DNA of 64,000 nucleotides from Octopus vulgaris (taxonomy: Eukaryota). The notes beneath the pieces are model-generated. The model did not search any database. It had not been told where the DNA came from and was given only the letters and a program-made list of their open reading frames with translations. The stretch covers positions 7,688,001 to 7,752,000 of the forward strand of contig OX597814.1 of assembly GCA_951406725.2 (NCBI GenBank). Reading direction: 5' to 3'. The stretch's first letter is position 1; each line of letters begins with the position of its first letter. Positions 1 to 14,189 of the stretch are shown one piece after another. Made by a program: the position numbers and the translations under genes.

Positions 1-1902
1 GTGCAGAAGTATCAAGGATCAACTCCTGATAGATAAAAATGTACTCAGAGACTGCAAGAGGAGGAAAAGTAACTTAGCCATGTCATGGATCGACTATCGT
101 AAGGCATATGTTATGATTCCACGTTCTTGGATTATGGAGTGTATGAGCCTATTTGGTAATGCATCAAGTGTTGAGCGATTGCTTGGTAAAAGTATGGCGA
201 ATTGGAGGATGGAACTGACAGTATACAGAAGAAGTTTAAGGACAGGAGAAATTAGGAGGGGCATCTTCCAAGGGGACTGTCTGTCCCCACTGATCTTTGT
301 ACTGTGCTTGATACCAGTAACACTGATTCTGAGGAAAACAAAGGCTGGGTGTGTATTCAAAAGCTGCCAGCAAGAAGTCAGCCATTTGTTATTCATGGAT
401 GACCTCAAACTTTTTGGTAAAGACGAATGCCAAGTCAGTTCCCTCTTTTCATATGGTGTATACATTCAGTGCTGATATCAGAATGGAGTTCGGACTGAGA
501 AAGTGTGGTGTGTTAGTCTTGAAGAGAGGCAAAATCAAATGTATGGACGGACTAACGATACCATTGGGGGAGTTTGTGAAGCAGATAGAAGAGACAGGCT
601 ACTTGGGGATTTTGGAAAATGAATAAACTGATGGAGAAAGAAATGACAGAAACATCTAAGGTGGAGTACTTGCACAGACTGAGACTGATCCTTAAGTCGA
701 AATTAAGTGGACAATTAAGATCGAAGCTATCAAGACCTGGGTGGTTTCACTCCTTAGATATGGAGCAGGGATAATCGCATGGACAGTAGACGAACTAAAC
801 AGCTGAGATAGAAAGACAAGGAAGTTGCTTACTAGATATGGGTCACTCCACCCAAAAAGTAACACAGACAGACTGTATGTACCAAGAAAAAGAGGGGGAA
901 GAGGACTTATTGGATGTGAGCACAGCATTAGAGCAGAAGAAAACAACATAGCATGGTATGTAAAAAAATGCCACAAAACCACAATTATTGGAAGTAAGAA
1001 GGTCAGGCTTGTGTAGGATGAAAGATGGCAAAGATAAAGCACTGTACAAGAAATTGAAAATAGGTGGGTAAAGAAAAGAATGCATGGACAATTTCATAGG
1101 GATGTTGAAGATAAGACAGACAGAGGAAAAAGACGGGTGTGGATGACTAAAAGAGATTCAAAACCAGAAACAGAGGCTCTAGTCTGTGCTGCCCAAGAGG
1201 AATCACTAAGAACAAATTACATAAAATACAAAATAGACAACACAGCAGAAAGTAATAAGTGCAGAATCTGCGGACAAAACGGTGAAACCGTATGGCATAT
1301 TACCAGTCAATGTATGCCACTAGCCCAGAAGGAATATAAGAGAAGCCATGACAATATAGCCAGGTTTGTCCATTGGACACTTTCCAACAAGTATGGACTT
1401 GACAGAGCAAAAACTTGGTATGACCACAAACCTGAAGGCATTGGTGAAAATAGAAATGCAAAGATCCTATGGGATTTTATGATTCAGTACAACCATGAGA
1501 TAGAGAATAGGAAGCTGGACATAGTCTTAATTGAGAAAGAAAGCAAACTATACTGGAAGATAGATATAGCATGCCCAGCTGAAAACAAGATATGCGATAA
1601 GGAAGAAAGAAAAGTCGTGAGATATGACAGGTTAGCTTGGGAGGTTAAGCAGTTGTGGTTGATGAAAAAGGTAGCAGTAGTACCAATAATTGATGGAGCC
1701 CAGGGAAGAGTAAGTAAAAATCTTGAGAAGTACATGGAACAAATAGGGGCTGCAATAAGGAACACTTGCAGAAAATAGCAGTGCTTGGGACCCCTTGAAT
1801 ACTCCGGATGGTACTCAAAAAACAAGGGGTTTTACCATAGTTCACTCGTAGTGAACAGTTGATACTGTAGTACGTCTCCAGCGTTAGAAGCTGTTCAAAG
1901 GC
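1..1902 (+). mobile_element. Degenerate R4/Dong-clade non-LTR retrotransposon (RT plus restriction-like endonuclease)
   Basis: Motifs DYRKAY, GIFQGDCLSPL, HLLFMDDLKLF, CRICG..ETVWHI.SQC, RSHDNIA and KILWDF, broken by frameshifts and stops. Followed by an (AAT)n tract. Confidence 0.85.
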
Positions 1903-1947
<45 letters not shown>

Positions 1948-1948
<1 letters not shown>

Positions 1949-2450
1949 CACACACCAGAAAAGGTCACAGAAAACGAGAAAGCAACCATAATCTGAGATA
2001 TTCCAATACACACAGATAGAGAAATTAAGGCCAACAGACCAGATATAGTTGTCAGAGATCATGAAGAAAAAAATGCTTTCTAATTGATGTATCAATAACG
2101 GCTGATGACAACGTGTCTCTAAAAGAAATGGAGAAACTGTCAAAATACAAAGACCTGGAAATAGAGGTAACCAGAATGTGGAATCTAAAAGCAGAAACAA
2201 TTCCTACCATGGTAGGTGCATTAGGCATGATAAAAAAATATTCAGACAAATACATAACAAAAACACCAGGACTTACAAACACATATAACATACAGAAAAT
2301 TGCACAACTAGGCACTGCACACATCCTACGCAAAACACTTTCAATACAGTGAAAATAAGAGCATCACAACAAATCACAGCACATAGCCAAGGCACACAGA
2401 GCTGCGCTCGGTAGTGAAGTGAAAGCATGTTATAAAAATAAAACTACTGA
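1948..2450 (+). mobile_element. 5'-truncated Dong/R4-like 3' end
   Basis: RPDIVV, KYKDLEIEVTRMW..GALG..AHILRKTL, then a 3' UTR ending in (AAT)n. Confidence 0.8.
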
Positions 2451-2459
2451 ATAATAATA

Positions 2460-2554
<95 letters not shown>

Positions 2555-2564
2555 AATAATAATA

Positions 2565-4230
2565 ACAACTGGCAACAAGAAAACAAGTCATCTGTTTTAT
2601 GTGGATGACTTAAAACTTTATGGCAAAGACGATAATGAGCTTGAAGGACTACTAGGTACTGTGAAAGCATTTAGTGATGACCTTGGGATGGAATCTGGTT
2701 TTGATAAATGTGCCAGGGTCACTTTCCAGAAAGGGAAATTGAAGACGTCACATTCAGTGGAGTTGGATGTTGACACAGTCATAAAAGAACTCAAGCAAGA
2801 AGAAACTTACAAATACCTCGGAATAAATGAGGGTTCTGGCATTCAGCATGCAAGAATGAAAGAGAAGGAATGGTAAAGGTGAGTTCAAGCAGTCCTAAAC
2901 TCCGAGTTAAATGCATGTAACAAGGTGTTAGCAATAAATTCCTTAACAGTTCTGGTTGTTATTTACAGTTTCAATGTATTCAACTGGAATATGAGTGAAA
3001 AAAGGAAGATTGACAGGAAAATCCTTGAGTTGCCGAGTTGCAAAAAGAGGCACCAACCAAAGGCAGATGCAGATCGTCTTTACCTACCCAGAGCTGAAGG
3101 AGGTCGAGGCTTGGTTTGATTTGAAACCTCCTACAAAACCATCACAACTGGACTGGCCAAATACCTTGAAACATCTAATGAATGGATGCTAAATCTCATT
3201 GAAATTGGAAGTGCAACAACTGTAGCTGCAAAGAAGGTGAAACCAGTAGCAAAGCAAAATGCGCTTGGACAATTGGATGATGGGTGGGAAGAAAATCCTC
3301 TGCATGGCAAATATGTGGCCCGTAGCAAACAAGCTGATGTAGACCAGAAGCACAGCCATCAGTATCTAGGGAGCTCAGAGCTTAAAGGCAGAGAGAGAGA
3401 AGGCTTTATCATGGCTACCCAAGATCAGAACTTATTGTCCTGGGACTGTCAAGCCAATGTGATGAAAATGGAGCAGACCCAAAGTGCTGATACTGCAACA
3501 ATGATATAGAAATAGTGGACCACCTACTCTCAGGATGTAAGGTTTTAGCACCTGTGTAGTATAAATCAAGGTATTGCAGATAATGTGTTGGCATTATAAA
3601 ATGAAAAGTGCTGACAAATGGTACAAGCACCACCCTGAGGCTGTTAGAGAGGGAGAAAATGTAACGATTCTTTGGGACTTCCCAGTATGTACAGATGTGA
3701 CCATCAAGGCAAATAAACCAGAAATTGTTGTGAAAGACCAAAACAATAAAGTCTGTTTATTGATTGATGTGAGCGTAATTTGTGTCTATGATATCTCGGC
3801 AAAAGAATTTGATAAGCTCAGAAAATATAAAGATCTGCTGATTGAAATCGAAAAGATGTGGCATCTCAAGACACTTACAATACCAGTGATTGTAGGAGCA
3901 CTTGGAATGATCAAAAAAGGAACTGAAAATTATTTAAGAATGATCCCTGGTTTACCATCCAGGCAGGAAGTGCTAAAGATTGTCTTAACTGGTAACTGGT
4001 CACATGTATTGAGAAGAGCATTGTTGCTGTGAATTTTCTTTACTTTTCCCCCTCTTTATTTTATTTGTTTACTTTCTATTTTCTTTTTCTTTTTTCTCTC
4101 TGTCTTCTCCTTTTTCTCTATCACATGAGTCTGTAGGCCATTTAATGGCCTACAGTCATTTCTCTGCCCTAGGTGCCAGGAAGACACCCAGCAAGAAATG
4201 GAAACAGAATTGAAAGAAGATGCTAATGAA
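2565..4230 (+). mobile_element. Degenerate Dong/R4-like LINE fragment
   Basis: HLFYVDDLKLY, YKYLG, RLYLPR..GGRGL, ILWDF, KYKDL, VGALG. Confidence 0.8.
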
Positions 4231-4271
4231 AATAATGATAATAATTGTAATAACAGTAATAATAGAGGAAT

Positions 4272-4920
4272 GAGCAAGTGTCTGCACTGTGCTGCATCTG
4301 CAATAGTGTCGATGAATCAACTGCTCATATCACAAATAAATGCTCTAGACGTGCCCCAAACCACTAAAAGTTGTGGCAACACAACCAGGTAGCAAAAGTA
4401 CTACATTGGAAACTGTGCACAAAGTGGAGGCAAGACGTGGTATGAGCACAAACCACAAAGAGCGGTGGAGTCAGGGACTAGCAAAATCCTCTGGGATTTC
4501 CCAATCCAAACAGATCAGGTGTCAGAGCATAATGGACCAGACCCAATGGTGGTCAACAAGATGCACCCCATGTGCTATACAGTTGACAGTGCATGCCCCA
4601 TTGACCCGTGAATAGTCAACCAGTAAGGCGAAAAGATAGATACATAGATACAACCCTCTTAAGTACGAAATAGCCCGGCTATGGTAAATGAAGACAGTGA
4701 AGATAGTGCCAATTATTGTTGGGTCCTTGGGGACAATACCAGAAGGCATCAAGAGGAATATAAAGGAAATTGGAATAGAGAGCCCAGTAGAATTGTTACA
4801 AAAGGAAAGGATTAGATAGAGGAAAAGAATGAATAGCATGGTACCGTAGGCTGCAGGTAGCAAGCCTGCTATGCATGCAAGACTCCAGGAATTCCAACAA
4901 AAACTGTGATAAAGAGAAAA
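4272..4920 (+). mobile_element. Dong/R4-like 3' fragment
   Basis: KILWDF-, RPD- and PIIVGSLG-like remnants, bounded by (AAT)n tracts. Confidence 0.65.
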
Positions 4921-4924
4921 TAAT

Positions 4925-4968
<44 letters not shown>

Positions 4969-4985
4969 TACTGATAATAACAATA

Positions 4986-5020
<35 letters not shown>

Positions 5021-5227
5021 AAGATCAGTTTTTCAATTGCATGGTACCTCACCTGTTTTCCTTCCGAAAGGCCAGAAAAAACTCCACCAGGATTCAGATG
5101 TGGATGCAGCTTATATGAAAGAAAGGAAAGGTAGAACATGATAATAATTATAATGATGATGATGATAATGATAATAATTATAATGATAATGATAATGATA
5201 ATAACAAAAATGATAATAATAATATTC

Positions 5228-5868
5228 TCTATATATATAAAAGGCAGTTTGTCTGTGTGTCTGTCTGTCTGTCTGTGTGTGAGTCTGGCAGGTTGTACCC
5301 TCACCCTGACCACGGCTTTCAACCGATTCTGATGAAACTTGACACACTCATAGCCCAATGTCATAATTCAAAACTAACGCAGTGAAAATTTTGAAAAGTT
5401 CCCCCAGTTCTGAAAAAAATTGATAAATTCGACATGGAGTCGAGAATCTAAGCTTATCATATACAACACATTTTCCGTTGTAGTTTTCGCAACTTGCAAT
5501 CGATTTTCACCAAACTCATGTTGAAGCTTAATGTTACCCTAAGGAACTTAATTCTGACGTTAGTTTTCCATGCAATACCTTACCATCAGAAAAAATCGAT
5601 AAAATCATGCCATTTTTGGAAATCGAGTTCAAATTCAAGATGACATATTTTTGACAATATCTTTAACAAATTGGCAGGAATTTTTTTTTAAATTCACAGC
5701 GAGCATCATGTCTTCTCCAAGGAGCTATATGGCCCTTTTGATTCCAATAGGATACGTTATTACTGGAAATGATAAGGTTGAGAAATGGTGTTATAGATTA
5801 TGCCTAACCGAAAACGATCACAGCCACATCATCCAAACAGACCGGGTGAAACCGGGCTTAACTGCTAG
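5228..5868 (+). mobile_element. Non-autonomous Helitron-like element
   Basis: 5' TCTATATATATAAAA, internal (GTCT)n, 3' GC-rich hairpin ccgggtgaaaccggg and terminal CTAG before T. Confidence 0.7.
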
Positions 5869-5885
5869 TAATAATAATAATAATG

Positions 5886-5945
<60 letters not shown>

Positions 5946-6390
5946 GCTTCTGATCTTAACTGATTGCAAGTGTTATCATGTACATTGTTTTGTCTTGGTA
6001 TAAAAGATGGGCTGCAGCAAATATTCTTCTCAATACCACAGATTTGCTTGTCAGTTGTTTGACCTTAACCAGTTGAGCATGTCCCTTAGTGGCTGACGAT
6101 ATGTGCATCTCTGATCATGAGCAGAAGTAGTTGGGGAGCATCAGAGCCATGTGTTGAGAGGGATTCTTTGGAGTTTGAATAATTCACCTCTGGAAGCATG
6201 GGTGTTTCATTCATCATCTTTAAACAACCCTTATTCAGGGACCTTTTAAGCAGGATGGGCTACTTGATCTGAAGAAAACTCTAACTGAGCCTCCACCTGC
6301 AAGGTCATGCATTCTTTATCTTGATATGAGATCAGCATGTTATGTACATATGGTTGTGATGCATGTGCCTGGTGTACCCATATCAGACGG

Positions 6391-6738
6391 GCGGGGAAGC
6401 ACTCCGTCGGTTACGATGACGAGGGTTCTGGTTGATCCGAATCAACGGAACAGCCTGCTCATGAAATTAACGTGTAAGTGGCTGAGCACTCCACAGACAC
6501 ATGTACTGTTAACGTAGTTCTCGGGGATATTCAGCATGACACAGAGAGTGACAAGGCCGGCCCTTTGAAATACAGGTAAAACAGAAACAGGAAGTAAGAG
6601 TGAGAGAAAGTTGTGGTGAAAGAGTACAGCAGGGATCACCACCATCCCCTGCTGGACCCTCGTGGAGCTTTTAGGTGTTTTCGCTCAATAAACACTCACA
6701 ACGCCCGGTCTGGGAATCGAAACCGCGATCCTACGATA
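6391..6738 (-). mobile_element. tRNA-derived SINE, 5'-truncated, inserted in another repeat
   Basis: B-box-like GGTTTCGATTCC on the minus strand near 6712-6723. Flanked by the apparent target duplication agacggg. Confidence 0.6.
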
Positions 6739-7019
6739 AGACGGGTAGTCATGATGGGTATACTGGACTTCATATATTTGTATCACAGTGTCACTTTGAT
6801 GACACACACTGCTCTCTCACTCATTAATAGTAATAAGGGCGTTGATATTGGTAATTGGATGTTGAATGTCTCCCATAATAATTAACAACTAAGTATAAAA
6901 GTGTATAATGTGTGGAAAGAGAACCTGTGAGATCTCGAACAGCAAGTTACTCTCAGCTCTCACAGAATCGACCAGAATAAACAAGACTGAACATTCTGAA
7001 AAATAAAACAATAAAATTA

Positions 7020-8217
7020 ATAATTATAATTTAAGAATGATCCCTGGTTTACCATCCATGCAGGAAGTGCTAAAGCTGGACTTAACTGGTAACTGGTCGC
7101 ACGTTGCTGTGAATTTTCTTTCCTTTTTTCCCCTTTATTTTCTTTGTTTACTTTTTATCTTTCTCTATGTCTTTCTTCCCCCTTTTCTCTATCACATGAC
7201 TTTGTAAATGAATAATCTGGTGTGTTTAATTTAATGGCTTACCAATGTATACAGTGAGTTTCTCTGCCCTAGGTGTCAGGAAGACACCCAGCAAGAAATG
7301 GAAACAGAATTGAAAAATATTAATGATGATAATAATAATGATAATAGCAATGAACAGGTAATTATCCAGTACAGAGGACTGGATGCTGTGGCTTGTGGGC
7401 AAACATGAAAGCAGCAGAAAATCACATCAAATTGTAAAAGAAACTTACAAATTCATAAGGGAACTTGATATTAATCCTGAAATAGTTGAAGAAACTGAAA
7501 CCACTGCCACAAAACAAGCAAAATGGATCAAGCAGACTGCAAAAAAGAATGGGCAGAAACAAATTGTGGAGTGATGGAGTTAGAAGCCTCAGCATGGGTG
7601 GTATATGCTTCAAAGTCGAAATGCTGATATAGTTCAAGCAACAACCCATCAGTGGCTGAGAAGATCAGGACTGAAAGCAGAGACTGAAGGCTTCAAATTG
7701 GCAGCACAATACCAAAGTTTGCTCACAAAAATCTACCGGGCTAATGTTCTTCAAAACAGTTCTGACCCTAAATGCAGATTCTGTGACACATTTGATGAAA
7801 CAACAGACAATCTCATCTCAGGATGTCCTATACTGACACCAAACGAATATAAAAATCACCACGATAGGGTAGGACAGTATTTAAATTGGAAAATATATAA
7901 ACACTAGAAAACCATCACTCCTGTTTACTGGCATGAACAGCATCCTGAGCCAGTCGTTGAAGGTAAAAATGTCTCTATCCTCTGAGATTTTCCAGTCATC
8001 ACTGACAGAACGATCCGGGCTAATCGACAAGACATAATTATTAAAGACATGGAAGAAAACACTTGTACCCTAATAGATGTAAGTGTTCCCACAGATAAAC
8101 ATATATCTGTCAAGGAAATTGCCAAACTGAGTAAATATAAGGACCTGGAAATTGAAATACAAAAGATTTGGCATTTTAAAACGAGAACTGTTCCTGTTAT
8201 TTTAGGTGCCCTATGGG
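7020..8217 (+). mobile_element. Two further Dong/R4-like fragments
   Basis: 7030-7320 repeats the 3' end seen at 3930-4230. 7355-8217 encodes GLKAETEG, CRFC...ISGC, HDRVG and KYKDLEIE. Confidence 0.78.
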
Positions 8218-8253
8218 AAGGAATATATTCACAGACACGATAGAGTTGGGACC

Positions 8254-8813
8254 TATTGGGTTGTCCGGAAAGTTTTTAAAGGCAAGGAAAAGGTCAATAA
8301 ATACTTGCCATGACATTTTTAATCAACCAAATATAAACCATTTTGTTGCACAATGCGTCTCCATCCTTCCTTTAACTTGAAAATACCCTTTTCCCAGAAT
8401 TGACGTGGTTTCATGGCAAAGAATTCATCAAGGTATCTTTTTACGTCATCCAAGGATTTGAAATTTTTACCATTACGACTAGTCTACAGAGACCTGAATA
8501 AGTGGAAATCCAAAGGAGCAATATCTGGTAAATATGGAGGGTGGGGTAACACATCCCAGCCAAGAAGCAGCAATTTTTGTCTGGTTCCCAAAGCATCAAG
8601 TGCCGAAAATGAACTTTCTTATCTTCCATTTTAAAGGGTTACAGAATTAACACAGGTTATAGGAACATAAATCTTCTTCCACGAAAAGATAGCTTAAACT
8701 GTGCTTTAAACGGAGGTGTAGTCCAATCCTATTTTATGGATTCAGCCATGTTCTAAAATAAGTCTAAAGGTAAGCTACTATAATTCGGCACAAACTTTCT
8801 GGACAACCCAATA
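8254..8813 (-). mobile_element. Internally deleted mariner element
   Basis: TIRs tattgggttgtccggaaagttt / aaactttctggacaacccaata with TA ends. MEDKKVHFRHLML is fused to a P.IAP.DFHLFRSL...FWEKGI..L..W remnant. Confidence 0.85.
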
Positions 8814-9319
8814 CATACATTGGTATAGGCACACACCAGAAAATGTCACAGAAAACGAGAAAGTAACCATACTCTGGGATATGCCAATACACACAGAAAG
8901 AGAAATTTAGACCAATAGGCTGGATATAGTTGTCAGAGATTATCAAGTAAGAAAAATGTTTTCTAATTGATGTAATAATAGATGACAAATAGAGGTAACC
9001 AGAATGTGGAATCTAAAAACAGAAATAATTCCTATCATAGTAGGTGCATTAGGCATGATAAAAAAATATTCAGACCAATACATAACAAAAACACCAGGAC
9101 TTACAAACACATATAACATACAGAAAATTGCACTACTAGGCACTGCACACATCCTACTTAATATAATTTCAATACAGTAACCATCAGAGCATTTCAACAA
9201 AACACAACACATACCCAAGGCACATGGAGCTGCACTTTGTAGTGAAGTGAAAGCATGCAACTACAGAATAATAACAACAACAACAACAACAACAACAATA
9301 ATAATGATGCTAATAACAG

Positions 9320-9668
9320 CAGGACCCACAGAATGCAAACATCTGCAAAGGCAACCCCCCCCCACCCGCCCCAATGATTAACCAGAGATGATTTTTAAAC
9401 TGAGAATATTTGAAATAAACTCAATTGCTCTCACAAACGAGAAACACTAAAAATGAACCCAACCGCTTCCAAAATGAAGTTAAAAAACAGGTAAACTATT
9501 TGAGAATCCTTGTACCATGTCGACACCAAAATCTAATCAGCTCATGCCAAGCATTGCTGAAAGTTTCATACGAATCCATCCAGCAGTTCTTTAGATATCT
9601 TGTCCATAGACAAACAAACGAACAGGACTGAAAACAATATCTCTGACTTCGCTAAGGCAGAGGTAATA
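9320..9668 (-). mobile_element. Probable non-autonomous Helentron/HINE-like element (copy at ~44562-44910)
   Basis: The minus strand begins ttattacctctgccttagcgaag..., followed by gtttgtttgtct and ggatggattcgtatgaaacttt, a layout typical of HINE/DINE-like elements. Confidence 0.4.
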
Positions 9669-9669
9669 A

Positions 9670-10130
9670 CAATTGGCACAACGTGAAAACGGAAGACAAC
9701 ATGACAATGTGACAAGAATGATACATTGGAAGCTCTGTGGAAATCACGGCTTACAAAGAGCGAAGACATGGTATGAGAAAACCCCAGAAGGAATCATTGA
9801 GAATGAGAAGGGCAAAATCCTGTGGGATGTAACGATCCAGTGTGATTATCTGACCAGACATAGGAAATTGCTGTGGTGTGAAAGAACATGTGTGATTATC
9901 AACACAACAGGCCGTGACAACAGGATCAATATAGAACACCTATAAAGTGTGCAAGTGTGAAGGTAGAACACCTATAAAAATCAGCATTGCTTGGCACTGC
10001 AAGAATTCCTCGCAGAGTTATTGAAGCATGACCAGTAAACAAGTGTTACCTTAGTCTGCTGGCTGTGGACAACCGATGCTTTCCATCATACCCAGCAAAA
10101 TAAGCTGTGAGTTTTCATCAAATAAAATTA
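9670..10130 (+). mobile_element. Dong/R4-like 3' fragment (copy at ~44912-45510)
   Basis: RQHDNV..MIHWKLC, KILWDVTIQCD, ALLGTARILRRV. Confidence 0.75.
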
Positions 10131-10139
10131 ATGATAATA

Positions 10140-13100
10140 ATAATTCTTTCTTTATTGGCCACCAGGGTCAAACACAAAACATACAGGTCGATACACAGAT
10201 GAGGAACAGTGGGGCTAAATGTGTAAACAGCAAAACAAAACACAATTAACAAGGAGATTAAAACAACAATGTACTTCCCCAATAGAGGGCGATGGGGTCC
10301 TTCCACAAAGCGGTGACCAAAGGAACCTCACACACTTTCGGCCCCCTAACATCAAAGGCACCTCATGTAGGCACCCCTCTCCTCCTCATTCCATCTGGTC
10401 TACAGGCACATACTTAGAGTAGGCCCGTTTACATGGGCCATTCTTGCCACATTCACCCATGATTCAACAAACTTACTGGGTGACAGTTCTTACCTCTCCG
10501 GCATCACTTTCCTTTTCAGACGGAACTTGAAAAGAACAATGAGGCCATGGCCAAAGAGGAAGGTACCCATCTTCAACTTTTTCAATCACGTCCACCACGC
10601 AACCTCCTTCACCATAGCTACCAGACAGAGAAAAACGGCCTGTCCTTCCCAGTCAAAAGAAGGAGGCACAGTAATTTTCATAATGGGTTCGGATGATAGC
10701 CAAATCCGTCTTATATGCGACAATAACTGTTCGACAAAGCTCTACAAGTCAGCAATGTGTGGACACAGTACGAGAGCATATAGAACGGTTTCATCGCACT
10801 TGCATGCATCTCAGACAAGCCTGTCTGGTTGCACAGATGCTTATTGTAGACCAGCAGAGCCCTCCAGTAGCACTGCCAGGCCAGGGATTTTAGGAAGTTA
10901 TCCATAGACCCCAGCCCAAAAGTCCACTGGAAGAGACCAGCCAATCGATCATTCTCAATGCTCAGATCCTCACCAAGTATGTCATCACTCTTGCCCTCCA
11001 CTAATCCCCTACAGAACTCTAAAGTGGAACTTCCACCCACCACATTGCCCAACTGGCCAAGGGCTGCGAGTGCTTGCAGACACTCTAGGTGCCAAGTGCA
11101 TTGCCTCAGTCTACTCCTCATCCAAGACTATCGCCCTACCAAGGAGATGAGTTGCAGAAAAACATGTCCACCCTGATAAGATCTGGATGACCCAATGCTG
11201 TTTGTGCATGCCCACACTGGGGCATATGGGTAATCAAGTCTGATCTTGTCAGCCAGTTGGAAACAAATGAACAGGATTGCAAGGCTTGTGAACACCACAC
11301 TTTCCGATCTGCTAGCCCCATCCAATACACATGGACATCCAAGATGGTATTCCTAAGAGAGGAATGTCCCTAGAAAGACCTCCAAATGTTTGAAGAAATT
11401 CGGCTACCCCGATCCTGTCAGCGCATACACAACGACCAGTCTGAAAGCACTGCCTTCATTATTGTTCCCTTCCAGGACCACCAACTTACCTTCCGGGTCC
11501 AAGAAGACCAACTGTATCTTAGGATGCAAGACTGTTCTGAACAACGCCCACCCACTATTCCTGGTTGACTAAGAGATGAAAAGATCACAAAAACATCATC
11601 AAAATTGGGTGCTAAGGTGCACGGGTTTGCGATCCTGGTCTCACTGATGGCTATTACATTTAAATTCAGCCACCTCAGGTCATTGAGCAAGTAACCTTGC
11701 TTCCAGGATGACCTCACCACATACATTAATGCAACCCACTCTTAGCACTGCCATATTGGCCTAAAAGAAAGGAAAGAAAGATGAGGAGTGTTACTTAACC
11801 TCCTGGTGCTGTTGGAGATCACGTGGTCCCACCTCTATTTCTTTGTTGGTCTGCGTTGGGAACCCTTAGAGAATCCTTGTATTGGCATTTACTTGAGAGA
11901 TTCCTACATCGTCTAGAAGGGCATCCCTAATTGTTTGGAAAGTGTCCAAATCCATCCTCCCCATCATTAAGTCTTTTGGCACATGGCATGTGTTAGTCCA
12001 AGAAGATTCTCCCCCGCCCCCGTACCTTTTCCAATGACTCCCCTTTGTGATAAGATGGCCATCAGTTCTTTGCTGGCCCTCCTTACTAACACAGAGTGAG
12101 CTGCCTGTGTCACTGCTTTTTGCTGTTCTTGTTGCGTTGGTGGTGTAAGTTTGCTTTTGGGAATTTTTTCCTGTCTGCAGTGGAGTTCTTGGTGCTTGTG
12201 GTGCTTTAGTTGATGATTGTGATGCTGCAGGAGTTGTCTGGCTGTCTGCGTTTGTTGTGTGTGTGTGTGTGTGTGTGTGTGTAGTTCCTTTGCTATCTTG
12301 TTTTGGTGCAGGGTAAGATGTCTTGCCTCTGTGACTTCTTTTCGGTTGTTTTTCTAGTTTACTCTGATCCCTGTCCTCATCACCTTTCATTGAGGTAGAA
12401 CCAGAGTCTGTTGCAACCTCCTCCGCTCTCCTGTGCAAGTGAATTCGTGTTTGTATGTGTATCTTTTTTCTGCATGCTTGTTTGTGAGGGGTGGGGTTGT
12501 TGAGGTTGGTTGCAAGGTGTTGGTTTTCATGGTTGACCTCTCCGATGGGTTTCCTGCTGGTGCCCTCATTACACCTGCCACCGCCACCACCACCATTGTT
12601 GCTATTTTTGCTGCTTTTCCTGTTGTTGTCTTTTGTTTTCCCAGCCTTAGTCAACGGAGGTCCCCACATCCCTGTAACGTTTTGATGAGGGCAGCATGCT
12701 TGTAGGTGTGTTGCATCACCACAAGCAAAGCAATGAGTCATACTGCCCTCAGTGATCAAATGTAATTTCGTCCCCTCTTGGAGGCAGACATGGTCTCGGA
12801 TGCTCTCCAAGACTTGTGGTTTTATTTGGATTAGCAATTCCAAATCCATCCAAATCCTGTCTTCTCTTTGCATCCGTTGAACTTTAAGGAGGAAGGTGTT
12901 GCTGCTCTCCACAATCACACATCTCAACCACCTCCAGATGTTGATACCTGGTGTTACTGTGGGGATTCAAACTTTTATTGTTTGTGGTGCCCATGTAGGG
13001 CAGGCACATTATAAGCTGGTCAGTTTTACCGGGTCCCAATGAATACTTCATGGCCAGCTCTTCTGTTTTAAAAAGGACCGAGATGGTGCCAAAACTCTGG

Positions 13101-13810
13101 TCCCTTCTTGATTGATCTCAGTACCATCTCCACTTGAAGAAGGTGGGAGGGTTGTTCTGCACTCCGAGTCAGTACTGAGACACACTTATACTTCACTGTT
13201 CCCTTCTCAGTTTCTACCTCTACTTTGGCTGGGATTGCAAGGTTAGCCCAGGTTCTTTCTCTTTTGATGAGCTTGTGCATCAGGGCTAACATCTGTTTTT
13301 TTGTTGGCGGTGTCTATCTCATAGTACTTTTGTTGGCATTTCACAGCTGCTGCTGCTGCTGCAAAGGTCCTTGTTCTGCTCTCACAGATGATGGTGGTGA
13401 TGGAATCGTTCATGCTGTTACTGCTATTGTTACTCCTAAATACAAATATCTCTCTGTTGCTCATGTTGGCGTTGGTATTGGTTGGGTTCTCATTGATGTT
13501 TTTGTTGTTGTTTTTCTGTTATGCTTCTCTGCTCTGTGTTGTTGGAGTTGTTAATTTCTGTGTTGATATCAGCTATCATTTACATTTTCATTATCTATTC
13601 GACTATCAAGTGAATGTGTGTTCTCCATTGTGTCGCTTTCCTCTGTTGTGATAATTAGGCACAAGAACCAAATATTATTTAATTCTTTTTTCTGGAGACA
13701 AATACTATTGCCTTGGGTTCCCTTCTCAACAATAATATCAACCAAGACAATAGTTTTCATAAAAATACCTGTCAAGCTTTCACCAATGTCCTAGCCTTTC
13801 AACTGAAAGT
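10140..13810 (-). mobile_element. Degenerate, internally deleted Tx1/L1-like LINE
   Basis: ORF1 has a zinc knuckle CFACGDATHLQACC. The ORF2 start is APE-like (INV..., LNVIAISETR). The 3' end has aataaa and a simple tail. Confidence 0.65.
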
Positions 13811-13949
13811 CTAATAATAATAATAACAACATCAACAACAATCGTTGTTTACTAAAGGCACAAGGCCTGAAACTTAGTGGGAGGAGATTGTCAGTTACAC
13901 TGACCCCAGTGTATAACTGGTACTTATTTCATCAACCCCGAAAGGATGA

Positions 13950-14140
13950 AAGAAGAAGGAGGAGGAGGAAGAGGAGAAGCAGGAGGAGGAGGAGGGGGAG
14001 AAGAAGAAGAAGAACAAGAACAAGAACAAGAACAAGAACAAGAAGGAGGAGGAGAGGAAGGAGGAGGAGGAGGAGAGGAGCAGGAGGAGCAGAAAGAGAA
14101 GAAGAAGAAGAAGAAGAAGAAGAAGAAGAAGAAGAAGAGA
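13950..14140 (+). repeat. Compound (GGA)n/(GAACAA)n/(GAA)n purine microsatellite (copy at 49277-49481)
   Basis: Read directly from the sequence. Confidence 0.95.
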
Positions 14141-14189
14141 CATATTTTTTCCTAATTAAAATTTAAGATAAAAAAAGGAAAATATTTAC

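Noticed and set aside
11866-12927. 353-aa ORF as a host gene
   Set aside because: Zinc-knuckle ORF1 of a Tx1/L1-like LINE directly upstream of an APE remnant. Its duplicate copy is frameshifted.
13888-14166. Poly-R/E/K ORFs (also 19211-19495, 49215-49500, 54522-54960)
   Set aside because: Translations of purine microsatellites whose lengths differ between the duplicate copies.
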